The notes under the pieces were generated by a model that was not told the origin of the DNA, searched no databases, and saw only the letters and a list, made by a program, of their open reading frames with translations. Positions 1 to 12,500 of a stretch of 64,000 nt of DNA are shown here, in pieces; position 1 is the first letter of the stretch, and each line of letters starts with the position of its first letter. Origin of the DNA: Octopus vulgaris. Taxonomy: Eukaryota. The stretch is taken from the NCBI GenBank assembly GCA_951406725.2, contig OX597836.1:24924001-24988000 (forward strand), given 5' to 3'. The position numbers were made by a program, and so were the translations under genes.

Positions 1-258
1 ATAAAAGCACCCAGTCCACACTGTAAAGTGATTGGTGTGAGGAGTGGCATCCAGCTGTAAAAACCTTGCCAAAACTGACCCCACCTGTGCTAGTGTCATG
101 TAAAAAGCACAAAGTCCACTCTGCTGAGTGGTTGGTGTTTGGAAGGGCATCCAGCTGTAAAAGTCCTGCTAAAACAGTCACAGAAGTCTGGTGCAGGCTT
201 CAGCCTGGCCGGCTCTTGTGGTACTGCCCCACTCATGCTAGCATGGAACACAGACAAT
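1..258 (+). mobile_element. Diverged SINE family C fragment
   Basis: aaaagcacc..gagtggttggtg..ggaagggcatccagctgta..catgctagcatgga motifs, shared with 13165-13515. Confidence 0.7.
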
Positions 259-259
259 A

Positions 260-455
260 GCAGCATTTTGTCCATTCTTTGATTCTGAATTCAAATTCCA
301 CCAAGATCAACTCTGCCTTTCATGCTTTCGGGGTCAATATAATCGACTTACTCCCTCCCCCAGAATTGCTGGCCTAGTACCAAAATGTGAAACCAATATT
401 TTGTTTTCAGTTCAAATTCTGCCTCTGTAGACTTTGCTGTTCTTCCTTCCAGCAG
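260..455 (+). mobile_element. SINE family B (MetaSINE-like) fragments
   Basis: ttcaaattcc B-box-like motif plus the gcctttcat..tttcggggtc core. Confidence 0.7.
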
Positions 456-522
456 TCAACACTTGTTATCCTTCTGTTGATGGTTTTGTTTCAAAGTTAG
501 AAAACCTTGTTCTTTCTTCCAG

Positions 523-665
523 ATCACTTAACAACATTATTAAGGGACTTGGTGCTCTGCCGTATGGGTCGTTATGGTGATGCAGCTGTCTTGGAAGAAT
601 CCCGTAAAAGGTTCCAGGATCATGTGTCTGGGGAGAAGATCCTTCCTGCTGATCTGAAATCTCCT
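523..665 (+). CDS. NPEPPS: NPEPPS internal exon (phase 1/0)
   Basis: tttcttccag|atcac ... tctcct|gtaagt; encodes HLTTLLRDLVLCRMGRYGDAAVLEESRKRFQDHVSGEKILPADLKSP. Confidence 0.95.
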
Positions 666-1567
666 GTAAGTCATGCAGAACAAGCTTTTCTTTATTCTGA
701 ATGCCTTCAGATATTTTTTTAAAAAAAAAAAAAAAAGCAAGAAAGAAAAGAAAACTTTCCTTCTTTCTCATTATTACTAATTATCATAATGAATTTCTGC
801 TTTGGGTTTTAAGTCTCAGTGATTCCAGGTTCATATCTCACTCCAGCCGTTGTTTTGCTCACATCACTTTGTACCTTTTGATGTGGTTTACATAAGGAGA
901 CAGATTCCTCATCCTACTCCATAGCCAAAGTTGTTGCAGGGACATTCTGCTGCTGTAAAAACTAAAACTCCAAGAAAGAAAAAAAAAAAAAACAAATGGT
1001 CTGCCTTGGAGGGGAACTTTCTAGGTACAATCCCATGGTCATTTGTAACTGAAGATGGTCTTAACCCTTTACTTCCCTTATGGATAAGGACAGGTAGTGT
1101 ATTTGTTAGGCAGTTTTCTAATTTAGAAAACCTGCATAGTATTTGAAGAAACAGCTCACCTGTAGGCCAGGTGTCCCATTATGATGTTTATGTTGTAGTT
1201 TGTTGGATGTGTATCCTATTGAAAAAGTTATGCACTCTGTTCTTGTTAGTCAAATATTTGACAATCATCAAATAGTAATTACTTTAATAATGTATTTGTT
1301 TTAACTGTTTTAACAGGTTTACCTGACAGTTGTCTGTCATGGAGATGAAGAAGTATTGACATCTATGTTGGAGGTAAGTAGAAATCACTAGAGAGACACG
1401 TTTCTTTAATTACATACACACACACACATTTCTAGGAAATTGATCTCAAAGCTCAGCTTATTTGTAGCTTTCTGTTCTTCAAGATCCAGTTTCTAAAAAT
1501 AATTATTTCACTTTCTCATTCACAAAAGTTTATAAAAAAAAATCTTGTGACATCTCTCTCTCTCTCT

Positions 1568-1625
<58 letters not shown>

Positions 1626-4600
1626 ATATATATATACACTAGCCTTGAAGCTGCCCTCAGGGCAGCATTCTGGTTGGCTCTTGCAGAAGGCACCCTTGAG
1701 GCCTGCAGCCCTATACCCTTGTGTAATGTAATGGTCTCAGACCCATTCATTGTATATGTCTCCTGGTGTTAATTATCCGATGCCCCATTCTGAACTCCCT
1801 ACCCAACATATACCCATCTCCCATTAACTTGTTGTTCATTCAACATGTAACAAGTTTTCCATCTCTGTAACAATGTGTCAGTGTATCCACCCTTGGACCG
1901 CTTTCTGTCAGCTTTGCCAATAGACATTCAGCTAGTTTCTAGTTTGACTTACAGCTAAGTTTCTAGCCTTGAAGCTGCCCTTCAGGTTGCATTCAGGCTA
2001 GCTCCTGAGGAGGGATTTCGGGAATTTTGTAGGGTATTCAGGTAGAAAATAAAAATTAAGTTAACTCATCAACATCTCAAAGCTACAAGACAATGCATGA
2101 TTGTTTCAAAACAATGAATAAACAAGCATTACTTTTTGATAGGATAATGTGAATGCTAAAGTCTTAAACAGCCCCATAAAAATTCATTGGTTCATCTGTA
2201 TGTGTGTAGATTTTGGTGGTGGTGGTATCCAAGGTGGACTTAGAGTACTATTATCATTTGTAGAGAGAGTAGGATGTTGGTGATGATGCAGTAAGTATGA
2301 TGGTAATTTAATTAATCTCTTCAGTTGTACGAGAAAGCCCAGATGCAGGAAGAAATGGTTCGAATCAGCCGAACAATTGGTGCAGTTAGTGAGAGTAAGC
2401 TTATCACTCGAGTCCTGGAATTTGCCATTTCTGTAAGTAAGCTTTTTCTCTTCTTTTGTCTTTGCATTTTGATAATTTTTAAATGTCTTATTTCTGGACT
2501 GTTGGATGTTAACCATTTGAAAATGACCTGATTGCAACTGTTTGTGGCCAGAATATTTCCAAGACAGGTTTGCTGATGAGATGCTATAAACTGGACATGA
2601 GTCTTATCTTTCAAATCGGTCCACTTAAACATTAAATGTACAATGTCAAGTGTTTAACTTTTTAGCAGGTCTGGCCTCTCACACATCTCAAAGTTATGAG
2701 ATTAATGATTAATTTAAAACAAAGTGACAAAATGAGCATTACTTTTGACAGATTAATCCGAATGCTTAACCCTTTCGTTACCAACCTGGCTGAAACCAGC
2801 TCTGGCTCTGAGTACAAATGTCTTGTTTTCATAAGTTTTGAATTAATATCTTCCACCAAACCTTAGTCACAATTTATATTCCTAACACTAGCTTAATGAT
2901 AACTAAGTTATTTTACTAACTTCTTTGTTATATTTGAAGTAATTGAAAGAAACACAGAGCATCTCAAAATAAATACAGTAATGAAAGGGTTAAAGGGTTA
3001 ATTCTTTTATTTAGTTCTTCAAACTTTATCTGATTTTTATAAATGTTTTTTTTCTCTTCTATTCAGGATAGAGTTCGTAGCCAAGACACAGTTTTTGTGA
3101 TTGCTGGTGTAACAGGCACTGTGTTAGGGAGAGAAATGGCATGGCAATTTGTGAGAGATCACTGGCAGTTTTTCTGCGAGAGATACCAAGGTGGGGCACT
3201 GATTGCCAGACTCGTTAAGGTAAGCTTGTCACTTGTTTTACTATTTTCAAAAACTTTAGTTGTTGGTGTGAACAAAAAAGTTAGAGGTTTAAACTGAACC
3301 CTAATTTATTAGGGTTAAAGCCAAAGAGCTGCCGAGGGGTGCAGGCAAGGTGTTTTTAGGGAGTGAGACGTCATTGGAATGACCAGATGAATAAAGTACT
3401 ATGATGTTGCTGTGGATTCAGAGACAATTGTAGCGAAAGTAGAGGCAAAGTGAATCACTACTATAAGGTACATTACAGACTGTTTTTTTTTTTTCTCTCT
3501 CTTTCAGTTCACGACTGAGAATTTTGCATCTGAAAATCGAGCAAATGAAGTTGAGGTAAGTCAATCAGTGTGTTACTCTGATAATTGTCATTTGGCTTAA
3601 TTGCTCCTTCTTCATTGTCCCTTTCCACTAAGTACACTTGTTTGGGAAAATTTAACGTCCGTTTTCCATGCTGGCATGGGTTGGACAGTCTTATTAGCTG
3701 GGGAACTGCACCAGGTTCCAATCTGATTTCTACGACTGGATGCCATATTTGTAGAAATCAATGTCCACTTTGCCATGCTTGTATGGGCAGATAGAGTTCA
3801 TTAAGGCAGATATTCGACAACCAGCTGCCCTTCCCATTGCCAGCCCTCGCCAATTTCCAAATAAGGTAATATTCCCCCATGGCCAGGCATGTTTTTCACA
3901 GAATGCTGAAAAATGAATGCCACTGCTTGAATGACAGTTACAATGTCACCTTTATCGTTGATAGTTTTAGTTCTCCAAACCACTAATATCCCTACTGCAT
4001 GGCCACTATATTGTGTGTGTGTGTGTGTACCAGCAGGGCAGTAAGTTTGTCTTGTAATTATGAGGTTTCTGGTGCCATCCTACATGGTTTGTTAAAGAAA
4101 ATGTCTTTTACTCTGGTATATAGCGAGTGGAGTTGGTCTGAAAGCCTCTGCATAGAAAATCTCGGGTGGATTAAACTTGGAAATATCCAGCTTTGTTGCA
4201 CCCTGTATTGTGCTGATTCCCTCTGAGGATTAGGTTAATGATACTGTGGAGTATTCAGCCATTTCCGTTATAACCCAATGAAAAGGCTGTTCAGTTGATA
4301 GAACAGAACTCCCTCATAGAAATCAGAACTTTTGTTACATCGATGTGATGGTGCCAGTCTTATTCTTTATTACTGTTCTTACCACAGCATGTTCTGTGAT
4401 TAACTTCCTTTCTTAGTTCCAGATCACTTTGTGCCACCCCACCTGATTTGAAACTCACAGCATCTTCATCCAAATGCTGTTGTGCTTCCACAAATAAGCA
4501 AGTCTTTCTATGGCTGTAGCTTTTTCCCTCAAACTACCAGATGTGGGAACTCTCTTCCATCTTCTTGTTTCCCTCCGAAATTCATTCCTGTCGTCTTAAT

Positions 4601-5344
4601 TTCTCCTTGTTTGGAATTTTCTTATTAACCCTTTCGTTACCAACCCGGCTGAAACCGGCCCTGGCTCTGAGTACAAATGTCATGTTTTCATAAGTTCTGA
4701 ATTAAAATCTTCCACCAAAACCTTAGTCTCAATTTATGTTCCTAACACTAGATTAATGATAACTAAGTTATTTTACTAAATTCTTTGTTGTATTTAAAGT
4801 AATTGAAAGAAACACAGAGCATCTCAAAATAAATACAGTAACGAAAGGGTTAAATAAAATAAAAAAATCAGCGGTTCGGCAAAAGAGACCGGTAGAATAA
4901 GTACTGGGCTTACAAAGAATAAGTCCCGGGGTCGATTTGCCTGACTAAAGGCAGTGCTCCAGCATGGCCGCAGTCAAATGGGTGAAACATGTAAAAGAGT
5001 AAAGAGTAATTCATGTACAATCTAGGTGCAATCCCATGATCATTTGTGAGCAAAGGGCTCTTTACTCATGAACCCCTTTATGGATAAGGACAGGTAGTGT
5101 ATTTGTTGGCCAGTTTGCTAATTCGTGTGTATGTCTCAGTGTTTGATGTTCATTCATTCATTCATTCATTTATTTATTTATTTATTTTCTTCCTCCATTC
5201 CAGGAATTCTTTGCAGCCCACCCAGCTGCTTCTGCAACCCGTAACATTCAGCAGTCCTGTGAAAATATCAGACTGAATGCCTGGTGGTTAGCTAATGAGT
5301 CAGATGAAGTTGGTAAATTTTTAGATGACATCAAGGAAGATTAA
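523..5344 (+). CDS. NPEPPS: Puromycin-sensitive aminopeptidase (M1 aminopeptidase), 3' portion, 6 coding exons; the gene starts upstream of the window
   Basis: Exons 523-665, 1317-1373, 2325-2432, 3067-3219, 3508-3555 and 5204-5344 all have AG/GT boundaries and join in frame: HLTTLLRDLVL..RKRFQDHVSGEKILPADLKSP|VYLTVVCHGD..|LYEKAQMQEE..|DRVRSQDTVFVI..RYQGGALIARLVK|FTTENFA..|EFFAAHPAASATRNIQQSCENIRLNAWWL..KED*. This is colinear with the recalled human NPEPPS C-terminus (ILSADLRSPVYLTV, VRPQDTV, RYQGGFLISRLIK, TIQQCCENILLNAAWL). Confidence 0.96.
1317..1373 (+). CDS. NPEPPS: NPEPPS internal exon (0/0)
   Basis: ttttaacag|gtttac ... gag|gtaagt; encodes VYLTVVCHGDEEVLTSMLE. Confidence 0.94.
2325..2432 (+). 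CDS. NPEPPS: NPEPPS internal exon (0/0)
   Basis: ctcttcag|ttgtac ... tct|gtaagt; encodes LYEKAQMQEEMVRISRTIGAVSESKLITRVLEFAIS. Confidence 0.94.
2770..2989. mobile_element. piggyBac-like MITE
   Basis: TTAA|ccctttcgttac ... gtaatgaaaggg|TTAA terminal inverted repeats with TTAA target duplication; near-identical copy at 4629-4849. Confidence 0.85.
3067..3219 (+). CDS. NPEPPS: NPEPPS internal exon (0/0)
   Basis: ctattcag|gataga ... aag|gtaagc; encodes DRVRSQDTVFVIAGVTGTVLGREMAWQFVRDHWQFFCERYQGGALIARLVK. Confidence 0.95.
3508..3555 (+). CDS. NPEPPS: NPEPPS internal exon (0/0)
   Basis: ctctttcag|ttcacg ... gag|gtaagt; encodes FTTENFASENRANEVE. Confidence 0.93.
4330..4610 (+). mobile_element. Degenerate CR1-like LINE 3' fragment in an NPEPPS intron
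   Basis: Broken translation LHRCDGASLILYY..LVP..H..V..SF(F)PQTTRCGNSLPSSCFP resembles the CR1-type ORF2 C-terminus (HRRxVASL...SFFPRT..LWNSLP). Confidence 0.6.
4629..4849. mobile_element. piggyBac-like MITE (same family as 2770-2989)
   Basis: TTAA|ccctttcgttac ... gtaacgaaaggg|TTAA, perfect 12-bp TIR. Confidence 0.88.
5204..5344 (+). CDS. NPEPPS: NPEPPS terminal coding exon
   Basis: cattccag|gaattc; encodes EFFAAHPAASATRNIQQSCENIRLNAWWLANESDEVGKFLDDIKED, stop TAA at 5342-5344. Confidence 0.95.
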   Translation, partial: EFFAAHPAASATRNIQQSCENIRLNAWWLANESDEVGKFLDDIKED

Positions 5345-5978
5345 GGACAACACACACACACACATACATACATAATATACACACGTATATATACAGTTTT
5401 CCTTCTTGTTTATTTTGTTTTTACCTTTTCTTTTTCCTGTTTCTATTTTTTTACCTTCTGTAACGGGAGAGAAAGTGTATTCACTTCAAGCAGTCATTCA
5501 AATGCATTAGTCCATAACATTTCCAGTTCCCTACAATCTGATTTTCTCATCTTTCAGATGATGAAATTTGTCTTCTTTTCTCTCTCTCTTCACTACAGTT
5601 GAAAATTTATGCATGGAAAACAATAGACAAGATAGTTTTTTAATATCTAATAATGCATGTGACATTAAAATGAAAAATTAACTAGGATTCGATATGTTGA
5701 TTTGATATGTTGCAATAGAATATATTAGTCACTAACTTCAATAATTTCAATAATTTAATCTTGAAAATATTCCATTTTCTTCTACCAACAAATGTAATCT
5801 TTTATGTATATTTACTGAGGGAATCTTACATAGCATCTTCAGCTGGCTGTGCTTTACTGATGAGATCAGAATAAGACCAGAACCTATCCCCATATACGTT
5901 TGGATTCTGCATTCTTATGTCTGGTTCACTATTGTATATTTTCAACATAGTTATTATTTAGTGTATATTGTTCAATGA

Positions 5979-5984
5979 AATAAA
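5979..5984 (+). promoter_or_regulatory. Probable NPEPPS polyadenylation signal
   Basis: AATAAA about 635 nt after the stop codon, followed by a T-rich tract near 6003-6030. Confidence 0.55.
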
Positions 5985-6169
5985 CTGTCAATGCACAGTC
6001 AGCTTTTTACTTTTGCTTTCCCCATCCTTTTGGCCCTTATTTACTCTAACCTCCCAGTTAGACAGCAGATACAGGCTTCAAATATTTTGGGTCATTAAGT
6101 CAGGCTAATGTTACTGAGCATCAATCCAATGATTTCTTTTTTTCCAGCTAAATTGGATTGTCTTCAAAG

Positions 6170-6695
6170 TGACTTCCCAAGTATTTGCTACATCTCGGCA
6201 CCATCAAATATCCACACATTTTTCACAACTTCTAACTCTTCTTGGTGCTACACCGTTTCCCTACAATTTGCTTCAAACGGTCACCTCATCCACCATTTAT
6301 TTTTCTCTCATGTACAACTAACCTGAAATCGTGCTTTGTGGTTGTGGAAGTTGGCCGTCCTGACCAGGGTTCATCTGTGACCTCGAAATGACCAGTCCAA
6401 AACCTCAACACCCATATTTTCACCATGGAGTAAGATGGGCAGCACTCCTGCAAGACTTCCTTCCTCTTGCCATGGATTTCTGCTGTTCCTTTTCCTTGCA
6501 AAAAGGGGAACTTCATGACGCCCCTTGCTTCAATCTTATCAAAATCCATTGTAGGAGCTGCCATCATGCGTTAAACCTGCAAAAAAGAGAAAGACACATT
6601 GTATACCATCATAGTATTTTTTTGCATATCTTCTCCTAAATAGTTGTCCTACCATCCTTGTAAAGGTAACAGCTCTACCCCTTTTGCAATACCCT
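6170..6695 (-). mobile_element. mariner transposase relic (N-terminal HTH region)
   Basis: ORF 6286-6567(-) reads DKIEARGVMKF..GKGTAEIH..PSYSMVKIW..F..G..EVTDEPWSGRP, matching the Mos1/Hsmar-type N-terminus (..DxPRSGRP); degraded downstream. Confidence 0.85.
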
Positions 6696-7688
6696 TAAAA
6701 TTCCTTGCAGTGTTTGCTTTTGTCCTTTTTACATTCTAAAGTCAGATTTTGCCGAGGTGGACTTGTGTCTTTCATTTTCACAGACTGAGTGTGATCGACT
6801 CTGGTGTTGTGTCTGCATTTGAGATAATTATTCCCATTATCTGGAAAACAATGAAATTGATAGCACCTGGAAGTATTAAGTTTCGTTCCTCTGCAAATGA
6901 CTCTGAATTTCACCTTCCATCTTTATAGGGTCAATAAATGGATTCCATTTAAGTTCAATGTCCTATGAAGAATCCTCTCAGAGAGGGGCAAGCTGACAAT
7001 ATTGTCCAAGTAATAGAGAAAATTATTTGTTTGTTCCCATTCTTTACATTTGCAGTTCAAATCCTGCTGAGGTCTACTTTACCTTCCATCCACTCCAAGG
7101 TTGATAAAATATAATACCAGTCAACGACTAACTTCACTCTCCCTTCAGAATTGCTGGCCTTATGATGCTGAAATCCTAAATCATCATCATTATTATCATT
7201 AGCATTGCTGCATCGTAAATTACATCCTTTATGCCTTTCTATTCAGGGAAATAACCAGGGTTTTTAAGTTTAGATTATCAGGTAGGATCAGTCTTAACTT
7301 GCTTGCGGTGGAGAAGTAAAATGCATGAAGATGATTGCAAATATATACGCATTAAAATGTGTTGAAAATAGAAATACAAAATAGTTTGCCAACTTACTTC
7401 AGCAATTAATTCACCTTTAACCTTTCTCAATACAATCACCTGTAATCTCACCTTTTTCAATCAAATCACTTGTAACATCTCTCTTTAGCAATAAAATCAC
7501 CTGTAATGCCTCTCTCTCTCTCTCTAGCAATAAATTCTCTTGTAACCTCTTTCTCTCTCTCTCTAAAAAAATGTTCTCTTGTTTGACTGGCTTGTAATGT
7601 TGCCTTATCTTTTAACAATAAACCCGTCACTACTAAAGATTTTTATTTTTGTTCTTGTTTTATAAAGGACTTTATCTTGCTTATGATG

Positions 7689-7719
<31 letters not shown>

Positions 7720-8326
7720 TTTGAAAATCACCTGGGATGTGGTTGTGCTGTAGACAGTTCAGAGCTTTGTTTGTATTTAAAACTCACAGGTATAAATGTG
7801 CAAACTTAACTCTGTTTCCACCTTCAGTGCTTGAGATAGATTATGGGGCAGCAGTAAAATACAAATTATTATCGTTTTTATTATTATTATTATTATTATT
7901 ACCCAGCTGCACACAACAATAATACTTTTCTTTATAAAAAATTTAATCTTCTGCCTGTTCAAATAAAAAATCATTATTTTTTTATGATTTATCAAATATA
8001 TATATATATTTTTTTTTAATTTGAAGTTTTGAAATTAAAGAAAGAAATGAAATTTGATAATAAAACAGGGATATCAAGATGTATTTAGGATAGAATTGTT
8101 TGTTGAGTTTCTTTTTTTATATTTTACTTTTGTGTATTGTTGTTTTAATTTTCTTTCTTCAGTTTTTTTTTTGTTTGTTTGTTTTTTGTTTTTTTCCAGT
8201 TCTATATATTTCTGAGAAAATGTAGACTTTATAGTATCACATATATTATTAAACTGATATACATCAACTAAATCTTGGTGGATTTGATACTTAAATGTAT
8301 GTTTACATTCTTTTACTTTTTGAAAT

Positions 8327-8413
8327 TGTGTGTGTATGTATATGTGTAGATATATATACATGTATATATATATATATATATACATGTATGTGTATATATA
8401 TATATATACATGT

Positions 8414-8458
<45 letters not shown>

Positions 8459-8459
8459 G

Positions 8460-8490
<31 letters not shown>

Positions 8491-8970
8491 GTATGTGTAT
8501 ATATATATATGTATACATGTATGTGTATATATATATATGTATACATGTATGTGTATGTGTATATATGTATACATGTATGTGTATATATATATATGTATAC
8601 ATGTATGTGTATATATATATATGTATACATGTATGTGTATGTGTATATATGTATACATGTATGTGTATATATATATATGTATACATGTATGTGTGTATAT
8701 ATATATATGTATACATGTATGTGTATATATATATATATGTATGTGTGTATATATATATATGTATACATGTATGTGTATATATATATGTATACATGTATGT
8801 GTATATATATATATGTATACATGTATGTGTATATATATATATGTATACATGTATGTGAGTATATATATATACATGTATGTGTACATGTATGTGTGTATAC
8901 ATATATGTATATATATGTATATACACATACATGTATACATAAATACATATATGAAATACATACACACACA
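8327..8970. repeat. Compound (TA)n / atgtatacatgtatgtgt minisatellite
   Basis: Unit of about 22-30 bp, repeated about 20 times; source of the Y/I/H/T ORFs. Confidence 0.95.
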
Positions 8971-10574
8971 TGCACCTGTATATCTTGACTATAAATTGTT
9001 TTTCCTGAAATAACCAAAGCTAAACCATTCCATTGATCTTCAACTTCAGATTTCTATTTCTTGAAAATTCTATTATTTCTGTGACAACTTGTTGCTGATT
9101 ATATTTTAAAACACAAATTTTCAAATAAATACATACAACATTAAAATTAAAACCACTTCAGCATATTTCTTGTTGCTTTTTTTTTTTGTTTGTTTTTTTT
9201 TTTTTGTTATATACCCACATATATATATATTTCATTCATTTAGCATTTGTTTTTCCATGCTCACCAAAGGGGTGTCTCAGTGAGCCAGGTATTTGCAGCC
9301 AGTGGCTCTGTCTATTGCCAACCCATATTAGTTTTTCTAATAAGAAGATTGTTTTCTTATTTCTTTTCTCCCAGGGTTGACAATTCATTGACAGAAGATG
9401 CCAACAGATCTCTTCATTCATACATAGTGTAGGTTTTAAACATTTTACACACACACACACACTCACAGACTAGGGCCTACTCTTGTCCCACCACCACCAC
9501 TTCTCTCATACTGTAATACTTTGTCCCTTGGGACCCTGGCATAAAACCAGCCTCACATCACTTGGGTTTTTATAGTCTTACAAGCTCTGTGGTAGCACAC
9601 AAAGGGCATCTAATATGGACTAATGGGGTTGATGTTAGAAACAAGTCCTTGGACCCATCAATCTTGTCAAAACGGACATTAAATTATTTTATATATATAT
9701 AATTAATGAAGTTGATATTTGATAGTGTATATGATTCTTAAAATCCTTCAAAAATAAATGATTACTATGGCACAATTTATAAAAAGATACCTTGTGGTGT
9801 TTACATTCACTTGACTCAAAACCTGCCCTGGTTAGCATCATCATCGTTATTGTCTGTTTTCCATGTTAGCATGAGTTGGCCACCTGGGGAGCTGTCCAGA
9901 CTCCACTTGTCTGTTTTGGCGTGATTTCTATGGCTGGATGCCCTTCCTAATGCCACAAATACGTACAAGGTGAGTTGTTCCTCATCAAAAAATTGTTGCT
10001 TTGTACCTTTGTCAAATTCATTTTGGCAGAAAGCATGGACATTAATGCTTTGCAGTTTAGCTATGTATGTTAACATTCTGAGTTCAAATTAACCTTGTCT
10101 TTTAGCCCTTTAGGGGTCAGTTAAAATGCACTACATATGCCAACCAGGATTGATTTCATTATTTGTGTCTGAAAATTATTTTTATTCTGAAAAGAACTGC
10201 CAATGATAGCTTGTAAATCAGTTTTGTAGTTTCCAGTATAGAAGTTTGGTTCATTAGACTAATATTTACAGCCAAGAATGGTAGATTAACTCCTTCACCA
10301 AGATGACTTTGGAGGGCCAAAAATTCCACATGAAATGCCACAGGATTTGCAAAGAGAGTGATGGTATTTGACTGTTTACACAGTGAACTGTGATGACTTG
10401 TATGCTGGAGATATGGTAGACAAAATGCTTTGTATTTACAAGATTCCAATCAACTTTACCATTCCTCCTTCAGGAATTACTAAAGAACAAGTGCTGCAAT
10501 CAATATTATTGACTGGACACACCCACACCATGGAAATTAGTGCCACCCAGCTAAATAAACTGTTTGCTTTCACT

Positions 10575-10606
10575 CTAAATGCCAGACAGTATTGGTTTCC
10601 AGAATC
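10575..10606 (-). CDS. Candidate terminal coding exon of an unknown minus-strand gene
   Basis: Strong acceptor gtccttcttttcaacag|gattct; a phase-1 join to exon 18603-18694 gives (G)FWKPILSGI*. Confidence 0.3.
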
Positions 10607-11032
10607 CTGTTGAAAAGAAGGACATTCAACCTGATAACTGTATTTTCCAGCATACAAGACGAAAATTTACAGCTGAAACAATTTAGGTCAACTTATACAT
10701 CTTTGGAGGACGAAAGATTCCATGTGAAAGATAGAATGTTTACAATTATGTGCTACATTAGCTTGTCTGCTGGAAAATACTGTAATTATGTAAGAGCCAA
10801 TGAAGAAAGCTTCTATAGTCGCTGGGCCTGTTAAAAAACTTCTTTTTTTTTTTTGCCAGCATACAAGTCGAATTTTCTGGCCAAAAATTCTATGTGAAAT
10901 GCAGTAGAATTTGCAAAGGTAGTGATTATGTTTGAATGTTTATTCAGAAAGTATAGTATTGATGTTTCACTGGCACCAGACAAACATACCACTACTACTA
11001 CTACTATTACTACAATGACTTCTGATCTTAGT

Positions 11033-11422
11033 ACTCTTTACTCTCTTTTACTTGTTTCAGTCATTTGACTGCGGCCATGCTGGAGCACCGCCTTTTTAAT
11101 CGAGCAACTCGACCCTGGGACTTATTCTTTTGTAAGCCCAGCACTTATTCTATCGGTCTCTTTTGCCGAACCGCTAAGTAATGGGGACACAAACACACCA
11201 GCATCGGTTGTCAAGCAAAGCTAGTGGGAACAAACACACACGCATATATATATATATATACATGTATACGACCGGCTTCTTTCAGTTTCCGTCTACCAAA
11301 TCCATTCGCAAGGCTTTGGTCGGCCCGAGGCTATAGTAGAAGACACTTGCCCAAGGTGCCACGCAGTGGGACTGAACCCGGAACCATGTGGTTGGTAAAC
11401 AAGCTACTTACCACACAGCCAC
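11033..11422 (-). mobile_element. tRNA-derived SINE family A, near full length
   Basis: Reverse complement of the 42983-43390 copy, with an internal (TA/CA) tract. Confidence 0.9.
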
Positions 11423-11986
11423 TACATGAATATCTTCTCCACCTACTACTAAATACTTAGATCTGAACTGCTAATTTCTACAGATATTTCAGCTGAATAA
11501 CATCAACTGCACCAGTATTGCCAGATGACAGAGGTTAGGGTCGTTAACCCCAACTCCTTTGACTAATTTGTCAAATATTTAGACTAATGATTGAGCTTAA
11601 GATTGATTAACATCTCTCACAATATCTGCTTAACCCTTTGGCATTTAAACTGGACAGATTCTACCTGTTTTATTTTCAAACTGGCCGAATTACCTCCAAG
11701 TTACAAAATAATGCATGATTCATGAGAATGTAAAGGAATAAGCCACACATTTGACAGAATAATCTATGGGGCTCATTCTTTTACTTCTTTCAGTCATTTG
11801 ACTGCAGCCATGCTGGAGCACCGCCTTTAATCGAGCAAATCAACCCCAGGACTTACTATTTGTAAGCCTAGTACTTTTTCTATTGGTCTCTATCGAACTG
11901 CTAAATTACGGGGATGTAAACACACCAACATCATTTGTCAAGCGATGGGGGGGAGGGGGCAAACACACACATATCTGTGTATATAT

Positions 11987-12500
11987 ATAATTTACAATAT
12001 AAGGGCAAAAGAAAAATTCTAATGCCGAAAAAAAGACAAAAATTGTCAATTAACCATTATAATTTATGCGTCTCGAAACAAACCGATAGAAATTTCTAAA
12101 AAATTTGTTATTACCGTATTGGACCAATTTCAGAGTTAATTCATAAGAATTTTCTCCTCTTCAGCGGCAAATACGCGAGATATAAGTGAAATACTTACTC
12201 ATACCCATGGAAAAAGCAAACACCAAGTCCTGAGCAGACCTAAGTACCCCAAATATATCCAAAATAGAAAATCTTTGGCACGTCTCGAGACACGTGTGAT
12301 TCGAACTAGAAACTTTCACAGAGTGATAGAATCCGGAAGTGAACACTATTCGAATTTATAACTAATGTAGGATAAAATTTTTTTCGGGAAAAAAATTTCA
12401 TCAATGGCCAGCATATCAAAAAATACCTTAAAAGGTTAAATTTATAAATAATTTACAATATAAGGGCAAAAGAAAAATTCTAATGCCAAATATGCCGATA
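11987..12500 (-). mobile_element. Non-coding Penelope-like / retrozyme-like element with 40-bp terminal direct repeat and hammerhead core
   Basis: Identical 40-mer ataatttacaatataagggcaaaagaaaaattctaatgcc at 11987-12026 and 12448-12487 (461-bp period); hammerhead core at 12114-12176. Confidence 0.7.
12114..12176 (-). ncRNA. Putative type I hammerhead ribozyme
   Basis: Minus strand reads cgtatt-tgccg-CUGAAGA-ggag-(loop)-cucu-GAAA-uug-GUC-c-aauacg. Core boxes, stem II (ggag/cucu) and distal stem I (cguauu/aauacg) are present; stem III is weak. Confidence 0.6.

Noticed and set aside
8074-9017. Long ORFs (187-297 aa) in all six frames; similar ones at 17.4-19.8, 27-34 and 41.7-42.3 kb
   Set aside because: They are translations of stop-free microsatellites (TA, CA, CAT/CAC, TCTA), with no sign of protein coding.
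10310-10950. Imperfect direct repeats (10314-10383 vs 10879-10948; 10643-10668 vs 10852-10875) and nearby 70-96 aa ORFs
   Set aside because: Most likely old repeat fragments; the ORFs show no identifiable motifs.
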